DNA of 64,000 nt from Armatimonadota bacterium (GTDB taxonomy: Bacteria > Armatimonadota > HRBIN16): positions 320,001-384,000 of the forward strand of contig OY781964.1 in the NCBI GenBank assembly GCA_963677485.1. Direction: 5' to 3'. Positions 40,060-50,662 of this stretch are shown here, in pieces; positions within the stretch are counted from its first letter, which is position 1, and every line of letters begins with the position of its first letter. The notes under the pieces are model-generated. The model saw only the letters and a list, made by a program, of their open reading frames with translations. It was not told the origin of the DNA and did not search any database. The position numbers and the translations under genes are program-made.

Positions 40060-40841
40060 TATCGGGTTCCTCCATGTCGGGTTACTTTATTAGTTAATAC
40101 GGTGGTCAGCGGATCGAACTCCTCGGAGCCGAAGCCCAGGCTAAGGTGCCGTCGCCAGCCCTCAGCCACGATAAACTGGCCAGAGCAGGCGCCCACCTCT
40201 TCGCACATCTGCTCCATCAAGTGGATGTAGTTGTCGGTTCCCTGGCTTTCATCCAGCCACTCTTTCTGGCTTCGATGGCAGGCCAGCATGTCGCGTTTCA
40301 TCTGCAGAACATCCTGCATATTCACATAGAGCTCGGGTGTCAACGGCTGGCGCAACGGATCCTTCAAGCCCATAGGCATGGCATGATACAGGCATATGTC
40401 CTGGAATGTGGCCTCTGTGACAGGATCGCACACGTAGTTGGGCATATTGCGGCAGAACGCCGCCGTGACCGCCAGCCGGGCCGTGTTGGTGTGGTCCTCC
40501 ATGTAGTCCTGAGGTGAGGGTATCAGCAGTATCTCCGGCTGGACTTCGCGGATGATCGCACACAGCTTGCGGATGAGCGACTGCTCGTAGAGTATCTCCA
40601 GGTCGTTGGTGATGGGCGTATGATAGGTCGCACCTATCAGCCTGGCGGCATCGGCCGACTCCTGTATGCGGATGCGCGCGGTGATCTCCGCATCCGTCAC
40701 CACCGACCCGCAGCAGCCGTTCGCCAGCGACATCACGTGGATCTCATAGCCCGCCTGTGCCAGAAGAATCAGCGTGCCGGACATCACGAACTCAATATCA
40801 TCAGGGTGGGCACCGATGGCCATTGCGCGAGGGTTACCCAT
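40059..40841 (-). CDS. PIG-L family deacetylase
   Basis: AHPDDIE, DYMEDH and CHRSQ motifs. Confidence 0.9.
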   Translation of the reverse strand: MGNPRAMAIGAHPDDIEFVMSGTLILLAQAGYEIHVMSLANGCCGSVVTDAEITARIRIQESADAARLIGATYHTPITNDLEILYEQSLIRKLCAIIREVQPEILLIPSPQDYMEDHTNTARLAVTAAFCRNMPNYVCDPVTEATFQDICLYHAMPMGLKDPLRQPLTPELYVNMQDVLQMKRDMLACHRSQKEWLDESQGTDNYIHLMEQMCEEVGACSGQFIVAEGWRRHLSLGFGSEEFDPLTTVLTNKVTRHGGTR

Positions 40842-43178
40842 TTAGTATTCCGCCTTTCCTTCGTATATCATATGCGTGCCGGCCGGGTGAATCACATCGT
40901 GCGCCGTGCCGTTGATCTTCACGCTGATGGTGCCGTGCGGAGTGGCGATCAGCCCCTCTGCTGACGTCACATATCCAGGCAGCTTAGTGAAGCTGAACTT
41001 CTTGAAGCCGGGTTCAAGCGGTTTGATGCCGAGTATATATGCGTGCCAGAAGTAGACCGGAATGCCCGACCAGCCATGGCACAGACTGCCGGCATCATCA
41101 AAGTCGGCGGCACCCTTGATGGTCTCCCAAAAAGTGGTAGCGCCATGGCTCAGCATGTATGCCCAGTCCTTGCGGATGTCCTCCATCGCGGCCAGCCCGA
41201 ACTGCTCCGGCTGCTGAAGCAGTGCCTCATACTTGTAGATACTGTAGCTGAGCGTGGCCCTGACCATGCCGTTCTCGCGGTTGGCCAGCTTGGCCCGCAG
41301 ACCCTGGGCCTCACGTTCGGGCACTACACCGGCCAGAAGCGCAAGCGACTGCGTCAGCTCCGCACAGTGCTGCTCGTTGTCGGAGTAGGTGCGGTATAGC
41401 TGCGTGCGGGCGTCCCAAAACTTGCGGTGGATGGCCTTGTTCACGCTGCGCTGCTGGGCCGAGTAGTCATCGGCCAGAGCCTGATCACCCAGATAGTGTG
41501 CCATCTTGGCCGCCGCTTCGAGGGCCAGCGAGTAGAACAGGTTGAGCGGAGCATCTCGGCGGTCCGGCGACACCTTCTCGCTGTGGGAGCCGTCCAGACC
41601 ATCGGCCCACTCGTAGAAATGCCAGTAACGCTTGCCGATCGGCAACTGCAGCAGTCCCTCAGCCAGCGAGGCCTGGTAGCTCTCCAGCATCCGCATCACG
41701 CGCGGCAACTGCCTGGCGGCGAACTCAAGATCGCCGGTATACATCAGGTGGTCGGCTAATGCGATCACCCACGCCATGCTGAAGCACGGGATCGTGATAG
41801 ATATCTCTGCAGGTGCGCAGAGCTCCAGATAGCCGTCGGCTTTCAGTCCCATGCCCAGAAGCTCCAGAGAAGCCGCCGGGAACTTGGGATCGCCAAACGC
41901 GGTGTAACCACACAGCGCCTGGTTGCGCATATCCATGGCATACAACGCCTGCTCACGCCACGGGCAATCTTCGTAGTGCTCATGCATGCACAGCTCCAGC
42001 GTGCGGATGCTGGTCTGGTAAATCTGGTCGATCTGTTCATCGGAGCTCCGGAAGCTGCCGTTTTGCACCACGGGATAGGCCACCGGCAGCAGGCCCGCAT
42101 ATGCGATTTCGCACTTCGGCCCGGCGTGGCTGATGTGCAGTTGGATATACCGACCAGCCATACGCAGGAAGTAGTGGGTGAAGTTCTGCTTTCCTTCGCG
42201 GCAGACATACCGGCTGGCGAAACACCGCCGGCCCACACTGGCGCGCACGTGACCATCCTCCAGATGCTCTCCCCAGGCGATATCGACGATGGTGCCCTCC
42301 GAGGCATCCAGTTCCAGGTCAAACTGCCCGGCCTCTTCCCTGCCCAGGTCGAAGATCAGATAGATGCCGTCGGCTTTCCTGGCGGCTGCGGTGATGAGCT
42401 TCAATCCCAACCTGTCCGGGAGCCTGGTCGCGTAGCCCGGAATCACAAGCTGCTCCAGAGTGCCCGGCAGAAGGCGTGCTGCCTGCATCTGCTCCGCCAC
42501 AGGGCTTGCCTTCTCCTCAGCCGATTGGTGGAACAGTCCTTGCGCCACCAGGCATGATGTCAGCCGGCCCCCGATGTTGAGTTTTTCGATTGGGCGGGCC
42601 TGAGCAAGCGGACGCGTCTGTGTGCTGACCGTGTCTGCGGCGGTGATTGTGCGCCAGTCCGACTTCATCTGGAACTCTGGCGCATTCCAGTTTTGGTCAT
42701 CAAGCCCGGCGTGGTATTCAAAGGTGAAACCGAGTTGGCCGGTCACTTTGGCTATCTTGCCCTGCTTGTAGCCTTTCGACAGCCGGTAGGAGGTCTCCAC
42801 ACCGCTGCTGACCACCGTCTCGGCACATCGCAAGCTGTAGATCAAACCCGGGTTGGAGATGATGTATTGGAAGCTGTCTGCGCCTTGGTAGAAGCCCAGC
42901 ACCGCGATGGTGTTGCGACCGGCACGAAGGTATTGCGCCACCGGCAGCGTGTCGTAGGTCTTGCATTCGGGATAGTCGTCATACTGACCGAAACCGGCCA
43001 GCTGCCCGTTGATCCACACCGCGTAGTCGGTGTCAATGCTGATGTCTAAACTGGCGTTATTATCGACGCTGGATAGGTCGAACTGCTGTCGATACTGGAC
43101 ATATTGATTAGGTGAACTACCCGCCGCGGCAGGCCAGATCCATAGGGCACCGGTATCATCAAAAAGCTGTGTATTCAT
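40842..43178 (-). CDS. GH78 alpha-L-rhamnosidase-like protein
   Basis: EDCPWREQALY, GATTFWE, SLCHGWS and ILGIKPLEPGF; start uncertain (43178 or 43208). Confidence 0.85.
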   Translation of the reverse strand: MNTQLFDDTGALWIWPAAAGSSPNQYVQYRQQFDLSSVDNNASLDISIDTDYAVWINGQLAGFGQYDDYPECKTYDTLPVAQYLRAGRNTIAVLGFYQGADSFQYIISNPGLIYSLRCAETVVSSGVETSYRLSKGYKQGKIAKVTGQLGFTFEYHAGLDDQNWNAPEFQMKSDWRTITAADTVSTQTRPLAQARPIEKLNIGGRLTSCLVAQGLFHQSAEEKASPVAEQMQAARLLPGTLEQLVIPGYATRLPDRLGLKLITAAARKADGIYLIFDLGREEAGQFDLELDASEGTIVDIAWGEHLEDGHVRASVGRRCFASRYVCREGKQNFTHYFLRMAGRYIQLHISHAGPKCEIAYAGLLPVAYPVVQNGSFRSSDEQIDQIYQTSIRTLELCMHEHYEDCPWREQALYAMDMRNQALCGYTAFGDPKFPAASLELLGMGLKADGYLELCAPAEISITIPCFSMAWVIALADHLMYTGDLEFAARQLPRVMRMLESYQASLAEGLLQLPIGKRYWHFYEWADGLDGSHSEKVSPDRRDAPLNLFYSLALEAAAKMAHYLGDQALADDYSAQQRSVNKAIHRKFWDARTQLYRTYSDNEQHCAELTQSLALLAGVVPEREAQGLRAKLANRENGMVRATLSYSIYKYEALLQQPEQFGLAAMEDIRKDWAYMLSHGATTFWETIKGAADFDDAGSLCHGWSGIPVYFWHAYILGIKPLEPGFKKFSFTKLPGYVTSAEGLIATPHGTISVKINGTAHDVIHPAGTHMIYEGKAEY

Positions 43179-43265
43179 TGGCTCTCTTTCCTGATGCGCG
43201 CTCATCAAGCACGCGGAATATTCCTACCTTAGAATACACCGTCCGGCGGGCTGAATCCTGTTTGG

Positions 43266-43724
43266 TTAGTCAGCTCCCGAAGCATACATCGCTAGACCAC
43301 CATAGAATATGACGTATATCATATAAAGGCCCATCCATACAATGAGGGGCATCGATATCCAAAGTGCTGTATTTGCTAGTTTGGCCTCCTTCGGCTTGTG
43401 CTGTGCTTTTATACGCCGTTTTACGTCACGCGCAACAAACATGGCCGCGACCACTAACCCTAAGCTTAGTATGTAAAACAGGCCTATGGAGAACAACCCT
43501 AATCCAAAGAAAACAAGACCGGCTATAGATAACCTGACAGCCCAATCCGCAGCAACTCGTGGTGAGGATTCATCCAAGGCATCTGTGGGCTCATTCAGCG
43601 ATTCGTAGCATTTCGGGCAGACCAGTAGTCCGCGGTCCTCCTTCGAGCATTCGGCGCACACCGGATGCTTGCAGTAGTGGCAGCGTTCTTCAGCGGTGAT
43701 ATCTGGGTGGTTCACGCAGTGCAT
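43266..43724 (-). CDS. B-box-type zinc finger membrane protein (DUF4190-like C-terminus)
   Basis: MHCVNHP...CHYC...CAEC...CPKC followed by TM segments; GGAGG RBS. Confidence 0.8.
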   Translation of the reverse strand: MHCVNHPDITAEERCHYCKHPVCAECSKEDRGLLVCPKCYESLNEPTDALDESSPRVAADWAVRLSIAGLVFFGLGLFSIGLFYILSLGLVVAAMFVARDVKRRIKAQHKPKEAKLANTALWISMPLIVWMGLYMIYVIFYGGLAMYASGAD

Positions 43725-43856
43725 GGGTGGTCCTCCAATGATCGATTTTTGGTGTCCGGTTTCATGTTACCAGATATCAGTTCGCCTGTATCGCATCCGT
43801 AGGGATGGCCCGCGGGCAACTATTTACCTGTCGAGGTTGGCGGCCATGCACCGATT

Positions 43857-43993
43857 CCGCGACATAAATGTCTCGGCTATTGATCAGCAAGCCTGTTAAA
43901 ACAGGCTGCGGCATTTCGTGCCGATGGTGTGCTCTTCGTCCTAGGCTGCTTCAGCAGACTTAGTGGTCAATAGCCGAGACATTTATGTCGCGG
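43857..43993. repeat. inverted pair of REP-like elements (AATAGCCGAGACATTTATGTCGCGG family)
   Basis: Arms 43857-43907 and 43943-43993 face each other across a ~35-bp spacer. Confidence 0.8.
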
Positions 43994-44114
43994 CGGAAGG
44001 TCACGAGTTGAATCTTGCCTCCGCTTGACATCGCAGCTGGCTTAGAGGAACATACAATCAAGGCTGGTGTTCTGCAACACACGGCATCTGCATATAAACC
44101 TGGAGCAATCATCT

Positions 44115-47100
44115 ATGATCATCAAAATCACCGTGCCGATCCTGATCGCGCTGTTCGCAACAGCGGTCTTGTCCATCTCTCACGCGCAGGGGTCTGCCCT
44201 GGTGGCCCATTGGTCGTTCGATGAAGGCTCCGGCAACGTGGTGCGAGACATCTCAGGGAATGGCCATGACGGCAGGTATCGACATACCGTATTGACAGGC
44301 GGCATCAAAGGCCAGGCGGCCTCTTTCGGCGGAACCAGTGACAGCTGCGTCACCATCGACTCCTCGAAGCTGCCAACCTTCAGAGCATTCACCATTGAGG
44401 CATGGGTCTATCCCGGTGAGTTGGACAGTGCGCCTGACAAATACATCGTAAGCTGGTGGGACCATTTCCTGCTGCGCATCGACCGACCGGGTCTTAATAG
44501 CGCCACCACCTTCTACACCTTCACCAATGCCGATCCAGGCACACCGGCGAAGGGTCCTGCGCTACAAACCAACGTCTGGCAGCACCTGGTGGGCACCTGG
44601 GATGGCTCCACCGCGCAGCTCTGGGTGAATGGTGCGAAGGTCGCCGAAGTGCCGCGGCCCGGCCCGCTGGGAGTCACCGACAAGCCGTTTGACATCGGCG
44701 CCTCGTTCACAGGGCTCATCGATGAAGTCAAACTCTACAGCCGGGCCCTCAGCGCGAAGGAGATCGCAGAGCAATTCGGCATGTCTGTGCGTGTAATGAG
44801 CTTCCAGTCGGAGGACCCCGTCAGCCTCGCCCAGATTCCCGCCAAACTACAGCTCAACCTGATGAACACCAGCCAATCCAGCCTGGTGGCCAGACCGCTT
44901 ATCACGCTGCCCGCCGGTGTGAAACTGGTCGGCAACCAGCCCGAGGCGACCCGCATCGAGGCTGGAAAGAACCGAAGGTTCGTCTGGACCGTCATCTCAT
45001 CCACTGAGGGCATGAAGCAGTTCCTGGTGAATCCCGGTGTGACCGGCGGAGGCGCGCTGCCCGCATCGGCTACCGTCCGGTTCCTGCCCGCGGTCAACAG
45101 CCACAACACATCACAAACAAGGGCAAGTCAGATTAAATTTTCATCCGATGGTTATCAGTTCACCGTCACCGCGGAGCCACACGGACTGAACCTGGTGGTC
45201 ACCTCGCATAGATGCTCGTACCGGCCGCTGGCCGGGCTGGGACCGGTCTTCCGCGCGGGCGATGTGGAGCACCGGCCGGGTTCATACCCTGTGCAACTTG
45301 TGTCTGTGAAACAGCAGCCGCGGTCGCTGACTGCCACCTACCGCGCCCTCCCTGCTGGAATGGAGCCCGTGGAGTTCACCCTCACCGCCAAGCCCGCCAA
45401 ACAAGGGATGTCGCTGGAGTTCGATTGTCAGCAGCCGGTGGTCTCTGCGGTCACGGCTGGTGTTTGCGTCGGCGTCGACACGCTGCGCTCTCAGCCCATG
45501 GGACGATACCACGAGCAGGGCGGCGAAGGCCCGTTCCGTGCATTCTGGCTGGCCGAGGCGCAAAGCTGGGCATGGGCGGAGTGGGACTTCGACAAGAGCA
45601 ACTGTTCCGTCATCACACCCACAGGCACCAAACCTAATCGCCAACCTTTGGTCGGTGATCAAATCTACATGAACCGGCAGGATGGCTCGCGGATGCCCAT
45701 GCATGAGGTGCTGAACCTGAGGCTTGGCTCCGATCTGTGGAAGACGATCGGTCCCCTACCCAACCAGCCCACGCCTTTCGCAAAGGAGCTGCGCAACATG
45801 GTCTGCGCCGACCTCTGGGGAGGCTCCTTCGGTTTCTGCAAAGACTTCCTGGAGTGGCTCGATCGCAGCACAGCGGGCGCCTACAAGTTTTTGACTATCG
45901 TGCATGACTGGCAGTCACCGGCATATGACACCAACCTGCCTGAGGTGATGCCTCCGAGCGCCAAATACGGCGGTGAGCAGGCGATGCGCTCTCTGCTGGC
46001 CACCGGCAACCGCATCGGGCGGATCGGTCTGCATAACAACTATCTGGTCACCGGCCTACCCGGCGGACGCGCGGAATTAGCCGGAGCACGGCCATACCTC
46101 TCTCCCACCGGAGGGATGGACAAGGTCCTCGGCGGGTTCAGGCCGGCACCCATCAGCATGGTCGAACCGATGAAGCTGATCGAGCCGGAGGTACATGCGA
46201 TGGGCACCTCAGCCATTCACATGGATGAGCAAGGTGCAATAGGAATTCCGGTCGATGGTTGGGCGTTTGGCATCAACTGCGACCCGAAACACCCAGATGA
46301 GATCATGCTGCGCACGCTCATTCGAGGGATGCGCGAAACCACACTGACCGCGAAGAAAATACACCAGGGACCGGTGTTCGTGGAGACAGGCGGTAACGAG
46401 TATCTTGAGGGATACTCCGACTGCAATGACTACGGCGTGCTGAAGGGTACCGCGCGTGTACTCTGGCCCGACTACAAGCTGCACCGGATCCAGCCGCTCA
46501 TCGGTGGCTACGGCATGGGTCTGTATTACCGGTATTTCCTGTCACCCAGCGAGTTCTACACGCCATGGCCATCACCCGGTGTCAAACAAGAGGAAGCCGA
46601 CGACTACCGCACCGCGCAGATGTTCTATGCCAACGGTGCCTACCTCTTCTGGTATCCCGGCATGCCCAAGGAGTTCGCCTTCACCGAGGTTGGTCTGGTG
46701 GGCACCCTCCAACCATACTACATGTTCCAAAAGATCAACGAGATCAGTTATCTGTGTGTGGACAGCAAGTGGCGAACTTTCGCGGAGCTCATTCAGCAGG
46801 ATTTGCCGCGCGACCGGCGTTATGTGGTGAAGGAGATCTTCGCCAACGGATATACCCAGATCGTCAACCGCACAGCAGACGAGGTGACCGTCTCCACGTC
46901 GCAAGGCAAAATGGTGCTGCCGAAGAACTCCTTTGTGGCCTGGAAGGGCAGCAGCCTGTATGCCTACTCGGCCTATGCTCCCGGCACACAGCATCGGGTG
47001 GACTTTGCCGAGGACAAAACGCGGCAGATCAAGTTCATCAACCCGCGGGCTGGCGAGTTCCAGGGTGTGACCGTGCCCTCTTTATGGGTGAAGGGCAAGC

Positions 47101-47144
47101 GGGTGGAGGTCTCCTTCACGCCGGACAAGCTCCCACAGAAATGA
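44115..47144 (+). CDS. secreted LamG-domain protein with putative glycoside hydrolase C-terminal domain
   Basis: Signal peptide; LVAHWSFDEGSG, FTIEAWV, WQHLVGTWDG and IDEVKLY (LamG); C-terminal IVHDWQ..YD..LP region resembles a TIM-barrel GH. Confidence 0.75.
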   Translation: MIIKITVPILIALFATAVLSISHAQGSALVAHWSFDEGSGNVVRDISGNGHDGRYRHTVLTGGIKGQAASFGGTSDSCVTIDSSKLPTFRAFTIEAWVYPGELDSAPDKYIVSWWDHFLLRIDRPGLNSATTFYTFTNADPGTPAKGPALQTNVWQHLVGTWDGSTAQLWVNGAKVAEVPRPGPLGVTDKPFDIGASFTGLIDEVKLYSRALSAKEIAEQFGMSVRVMSFQSEDPVSLAQIPAKLQLNLMNTSQSSLVARPLITLPAGVKLVGNQPEATRIEAGKNRRFVWTVISSTEGMKQFLVNPGVTGGGALPASATVRFLPAVNSHNTSQTRASQIKFSSDGYQFTVTAEPHGLNLVVTSHRCSYRPLAGLGPVFRAGDVEHRPGSYPVQLVSVKQQPRSLTATYRALPAGMEPVEFTLTAKPAKQGMSLEFDCQQPVVSAVTAGVCVGVDTLRSQPMGRYHEQGGEGPFRAFWLAEAQSWAWAEWDFDKSNCSVITPTGTKPNRQPLVGDQIYMNRQDGSRMPMHEVLNLRLGSDLWKTIGPLPNQPTPFAKELRNMVCADLWGGSFGFCKDFLEWLDRSTAGAYKFLTIVHDWQSPAYDTNLPEVMPPSAKYGGEQAMRSLLATGNRIGRIGLHNNYLVTGLPGGRAELAGARPYLSPTGGMDKVLGGFRPAPISMVEPMKLIEPEVHAMGTSAIHMDEQGAIGIPVDGWAFGINCDPKHPDEIMLRTLIRGMRETTLTAKKIHQGPVFVETGGNEYLEGYSDCNDYGVLKGTARVLWPDYKLHRIQPLIGGYGMGLYYRYFLSPSEFYTPWPSPGVKQEEADDYRTAQMFYANGAYLFWYPGMPKEFAFTEVGLVGTLQPYYMFQKINEISYLCVDSKWRTFAELIQQDLPRDRRYVVKEIFANGYTQIVNRTADEVTVSTSQGKMVLPKNSFVAWKGSSLYAYSAYAPGTQHRVDFAEDKTRQIKFINPRAGEFQGVTVPSLWVKGKRVEVSFTPDKLPQK

Positions 47145-47172
47145 CGAACACCGTGCCCGCCAGGAGGACTAG

Positions 47173-48468
47173 ATGATGAATCCAAACAAAGCACTCATCG
47201 ACCGCATAGCCCAGACCAAAACGCTGATGGAAAGCAAGGGTGTCCGGCGCCACAAGCTGACTGGGCTGGATTACTATACCAGCTATACCGACCTGTATGA
47301 CTGGGAACTCTATTACGATACCCTCGCGCTGGCCTATCTGGGCAACGAGAGCTATGGTATCAACGGCATCAATATCTTCCTGGCGAACCAGCGGGAGGAC
47401 GGCTTCATCCCGCGCCATGTGCGTCAGGCGCCGTTCGAAGATTGTGCACCCGAATCCCAGAACCAGATATGGGTGGAGGAGCAAAAAGAGCACTGCAAGC
47501 CCTTCCTTTTCCAGACCGCGCTGATCATCTGCAAAGCTCTTGGAAACATGGACTGGCTCACCATGCCGCAGTTTGAAGGGCTGAAGAGATACCTCAATCA
47601 CTGGCTGAACGATTGGGATAGTGATCATAACGGCCTCTGTGAGTGGAACAGCGGTCCGCACAGCGGAGCCGACTCCCAACTGGAGCGCATCGGCTCATGG
47701 GGTTCCCGCTTCTGTGAGGGTGCCGATCTGAACAGCTTCCTGTATCGCGAGTGCAAAGCCGCCGCGCTGGTGGCCACGATCCTCGGACAAACGGCAGACG
47801 CAGACTGTTTTGAAGCTCAAGCCCAGATCAAGGCCGACCGTATCCAGAAACTTCTCTGGAACGAAGAAGAGGGCTTCTATTTTGACAGGAATTCCAAGAC
47901 CGGCCAACCCATCCTGGTGAAATCCGCGGCTGCATTCCTACCGCTCTGGGCAGGAATCGCCACCTATAGCCAGGCGGAAGCGCTGGTGGAGAAGCATCTG
48001 AAGAACACAGATGAGTTTTGGACGGCTCTACCGGTGCCCGCTTACGCCCGATCCGAACCGTTCTACACCCAATACTACCAACCCAACTACGACCTCGATC
48101 CGCTCCGGACTTTGCCACCAGGACACTGCAACTGGAATGGCGGCACTTGGCTTCACTGGGACTATATGTTTGTGCAAGGCCTGCGGCAATATGGTTTTGT
48201 GGAAGAGGCCAACCAGTTGGCCAACAAGCTGTGTGCGGCCATGCAGTCAAACCCAGGCGTATTCGAGTGGTATAACGCCGACACCGGTGAAGGCTGTGGG
48301 ATGTCCTTCTGGGCTGGTGCCACCGTGATGGGCTTCCTCATGCCCACGGAACTCGGTCTTGGCGTAGACCCAACGCGGCTGGATGCCAACCTCGACCCCG
48401 CGGGCTTCGAAGCCGTGCGGCAGCAGCTTGGGCTTACCGGCAGGTTTACGCCGACAGAGGTTCACTGA
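47173..48468 (+). CDS. MGH1/GH63/trehalase-like glycoside hydrolase
   Basis: LYDWE, HSGAD, DLNSFLY, LWNEEEGFYFD, FLPLWAG and FEWYNADTGEG motifs. Confidence 0.85.
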   Translation: MMNPNKALIDRIAQTKTLMESKGVRRHKLTGLDYYTSYTDLYDWELYYDTLALAYLGNESYGINGINIFLANQREDGFIPRHVRQAPFEDCAPESQNQIWVEEQKEHCKPFLFQTALIICKALGNMDWLTMPQFEGLKRYLNHWLNDWDSDHNGLCEWNSGPHSGADSQLERIGSWGSRFCEGADLNSFLYRECKAAALVATILGQTADADCFEAQAQIKADRIQKLLWNEEEGFYFDRNSKTGQPILVKSAAAFLPLWAGIATYSQAEALVEKHLKNTDEFWTALPVPAYARSEPFYTQYYQPNYDLDPLRTLPPGHCNWNGGTWLHWDYMFVQGLRQYGFVEEANQLANKLCAAMQSNPGVFEWYNADTGEGCGMSFWAGATVMGFLMPTELGLGVDPTRLDANLDPAGFEAVRQQLGLTGRFTPTEVH

Positions 48469-48489
48469 TTGGGGAGCGGACTCATACCC

Positions 48490-49194
48490 TCACTGCCACG
48501 CCCTCAGTACCGCGCCCTGAAGGACACGGTTTATTAGCAAAAAGCCGGCTCGAAGCCGGCTGCCGGAGATCCGCGGCCGAGAGGATTGATCGCATCTATT
48601 GCCGCATGTCCGTCCGCAGCCTGTTTCAACGGGCTTGGCTGGTCAATAGCCGAGACATTTATGTCGCGGTAGCAGTGACGGTGTCCCCCACACGCTACAT
48701 GCCTTCCGGCACCCACGGAGTGGGTATGATTCTTATAGCCAGGGGTAAGCGAAGCGCAACCCCTGGTAGATGCAACACCATCCCTACCCCGAAGTGGGTC
48801 GAACCGGTTTACAGCGGTCTACCATTCAACTCGGCGTGACGTAAGAGATGCCACGCCCTCGATATCAGTCTATTACCCACAAATATCGCATGGCCAGTAG
48901 GTCACCGATTCCGCGACATAAATGTCTCGGCTAATGAACACCAAGACTGCTGAAGCAGTCTTCATTAACGTTATCTTTGTCGGCAAGGAGCTCCGCAGCC
49001 CGGTTTAGCGGGCTTGTATATAGCTGGTCGTAGGGGCGTCCCTTGTGGGCGCCCTAATCGTTGTTGATTCGATAGTTTTGGTTTTAGGGCGTCCACAAGG
49101 GACGCCCCTACGACCGTATCAGTTACAGTCTGGGCTACCGTACCAGCACGGGTAGGTGCTTGGCTGGTCAATAGCCGAGACATTTATGTCGCGG
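48490..49194. repeat. dense mosaic of at least four REP-like families
   Basis: CCCTGAAGGAC family ~48510-48560; AATAGCCGAGAC family 48618-48669, 48911-48961, 49158-49194; tnpA-flank family 48706-48805; GTAGGGGCG inverted pair 49030-49055/49086-49111. Confidence 0.8.
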
Positions 49195-49242
49195 TATTTG
49201 CGGTCGCCGACTACGATATGAGATTGATATCCATCGACTAGA

Positions 49243-49656
49243 CTACTCGCCACATACACCGGTTAGCTGATTTTTGGGGATTTTGAAAAACCGCAACCCA
49301 TAAATGACCACTATCCATAGTGCAGATTTAAACAGACCGCCATAGTTGTGTGTTAGGATGCTGAGGTAGATCCCCGTCACACACATACAGGTAAGCAGCC
49401 GCCTGATCGCCAGGCGTACGCCAACACCCTCCGGCGATTGCCAGAATGCCTTTTTAGACTCGATACGAGCGAGCCTTTCCTCATCTGACGGAACGGCTGA
49501 ATTGCCAGCCAGCTCTACTGGTTGGTTCTCAGGGTCGAAACACTGCTTGCAGACGTATCGGCCGCGGTCGTTTAACAGGCAAATGGGGCAGAACGGCTGG
49601 TGGCAGACGTCGCAACTGCATTGTGTATAAATGCTAGAATGGTTGGTACAGTTCAT
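49243..49656 (-). CDS. B-box-type zinc finger membrane protein
   Basis: MNCTNH...CDVC...CPIC...CKQC plus 2 TM; ATG at 49656 after AAGGGG (the ORF caller over-extends to 49809). Confidence 0.75.
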   Translation of the reverse strand: MNCTNHSSIYTQCSCDVCHQPFCPICLLNDRGRYVCKQCFDPENQPVELAGNSAVPSDEERLARIESKKAFWQSPEGVGVRLAIRRLLTCMCVTGIYLSILTHNYGGLFKSALWIVVIYGLRFFKIPKNQLTGVCGE

Positions 49657-49756
49657 GATGTTCCCCTTATCATATGGCCCGTTGCCCTCTGTTAATGATA
49701 GCCTTCGATAATGCTGAGCTTCGGCCCTTCCGCTCGTTCGCACGTTCACTCGTTCG

Positions 49757-50191
49757 TCAGCAACCCATATTCGCGATCCTGTAGACCGCCGCAGCGCACA
49801 CCAAGACAATCACCAGCGCAGACATCCAGATCGTCGTGGTTGCTAACCGGGCCGATTTGGGATCATGACGTTCGTGGCAGAGCTTCCTGGCATCGCGCGC
49901 ATAGATGATCGCATCAATTGATAGACCAAGGCTGACCAGGAAAAACACGCCCAAAGTAGCCAAACCCAGGCCGCAAAACAAAACACCCTGCACGAACGTC
50001 CACAAGGCCTTTTTTGCCGCGATGTCGGTCGGTTCAACAAAAGAAGTGGCTGACGCTGAGGTCTGGGGCTCATAACATGACAGGCATGTTATGGTTCCAC
50101 TGTCCTCATGCATGCAGTCGCTGCAGACAAACTGTTGACAGATATGGCATCGCCCTTGTGAGGGAACCTCTGGATGGTTTGCGCAGTTCAT
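49757..50191 (-). CDS. B-box-type zinc finger membrane protein (DUF4190-like)
   Basis: MNCANHP...CHIC...CSDC...CLSC plus TM segments; AAGGAG RBS. Confidence 0.8.
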   Translation of the reverse strand: MNCANHPEVPSQGRCHICQQFVCSDCMHEDSGTITCLSCYEPQTSASATSFVEPTDIAAKKALWTFVQGVLFCGLGLATLGVFFLVSLGLSIDAIIYARDARKLCHERHDPKSARLATTTIWMSALVIVLVCAAAVYRIANMGC

Positions 50192-50209
50192 ATTTACTCC
50201 TTAATCATG

Positions 50210-50647
50210 TCATCCGCTAAATATGAGAGCCTTTTGCGCCATGATAAGTATGAATACGGCCACCATCAGCACTACGCTCATTACGATCGCCGCGTTGGCT
50301 AGGACAAGGCCCTTCAGCTCCGGTTGTTCTTTCAGAATCCGCCTGGCCTTCACCGCTTTAAATATGGAAACGACAAATAACACGGCACTAATAAGCAATG
50401 GCAAGCTCACAAAAACTACACCAAGCCCGACGTTCACAAACCCCCAAACCGCCAGCTTGAACGCAAGCATCGCCTCTTTGCACAACAGTGATTCGTCCAT
50501 CGGCTCCTCTGGCGGGTTTATCGTGTCATAACACTTCTGACACATGAACCGACCGCGGTCGTCTACCAGCGTGCCGACGGGGAAACTGCCCTTGCAGGTG
50601 TCACACATGATGGTCGTCGGTACATCAGGTAACAGTTTAATTTTCAT
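50210..50647 (-). CDS. zinc-finger membrane protein (reduced B-box, DUF4190-like)
   Basis: CDTC...DDRGRFMCQKC plus TM segments; AGGAGG RBS. Confidence 0.75.
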   Translation of the reverse strand: MKIKLLPDVPTTIMCDTCKGSFPVGTLVDDRGRFMCQKCYDTINPPEEPMDESLLCKEAMLAFKLAVWGFVNVGLGVVFVSLPLLISAVLFVVSIFKAVKARRILKEQPELKGLVLANAAIVMSVVLMVAVFILIMAQKALIFSG

Positions 50648-50662
50648 GTAGCCTCCTGTGCA

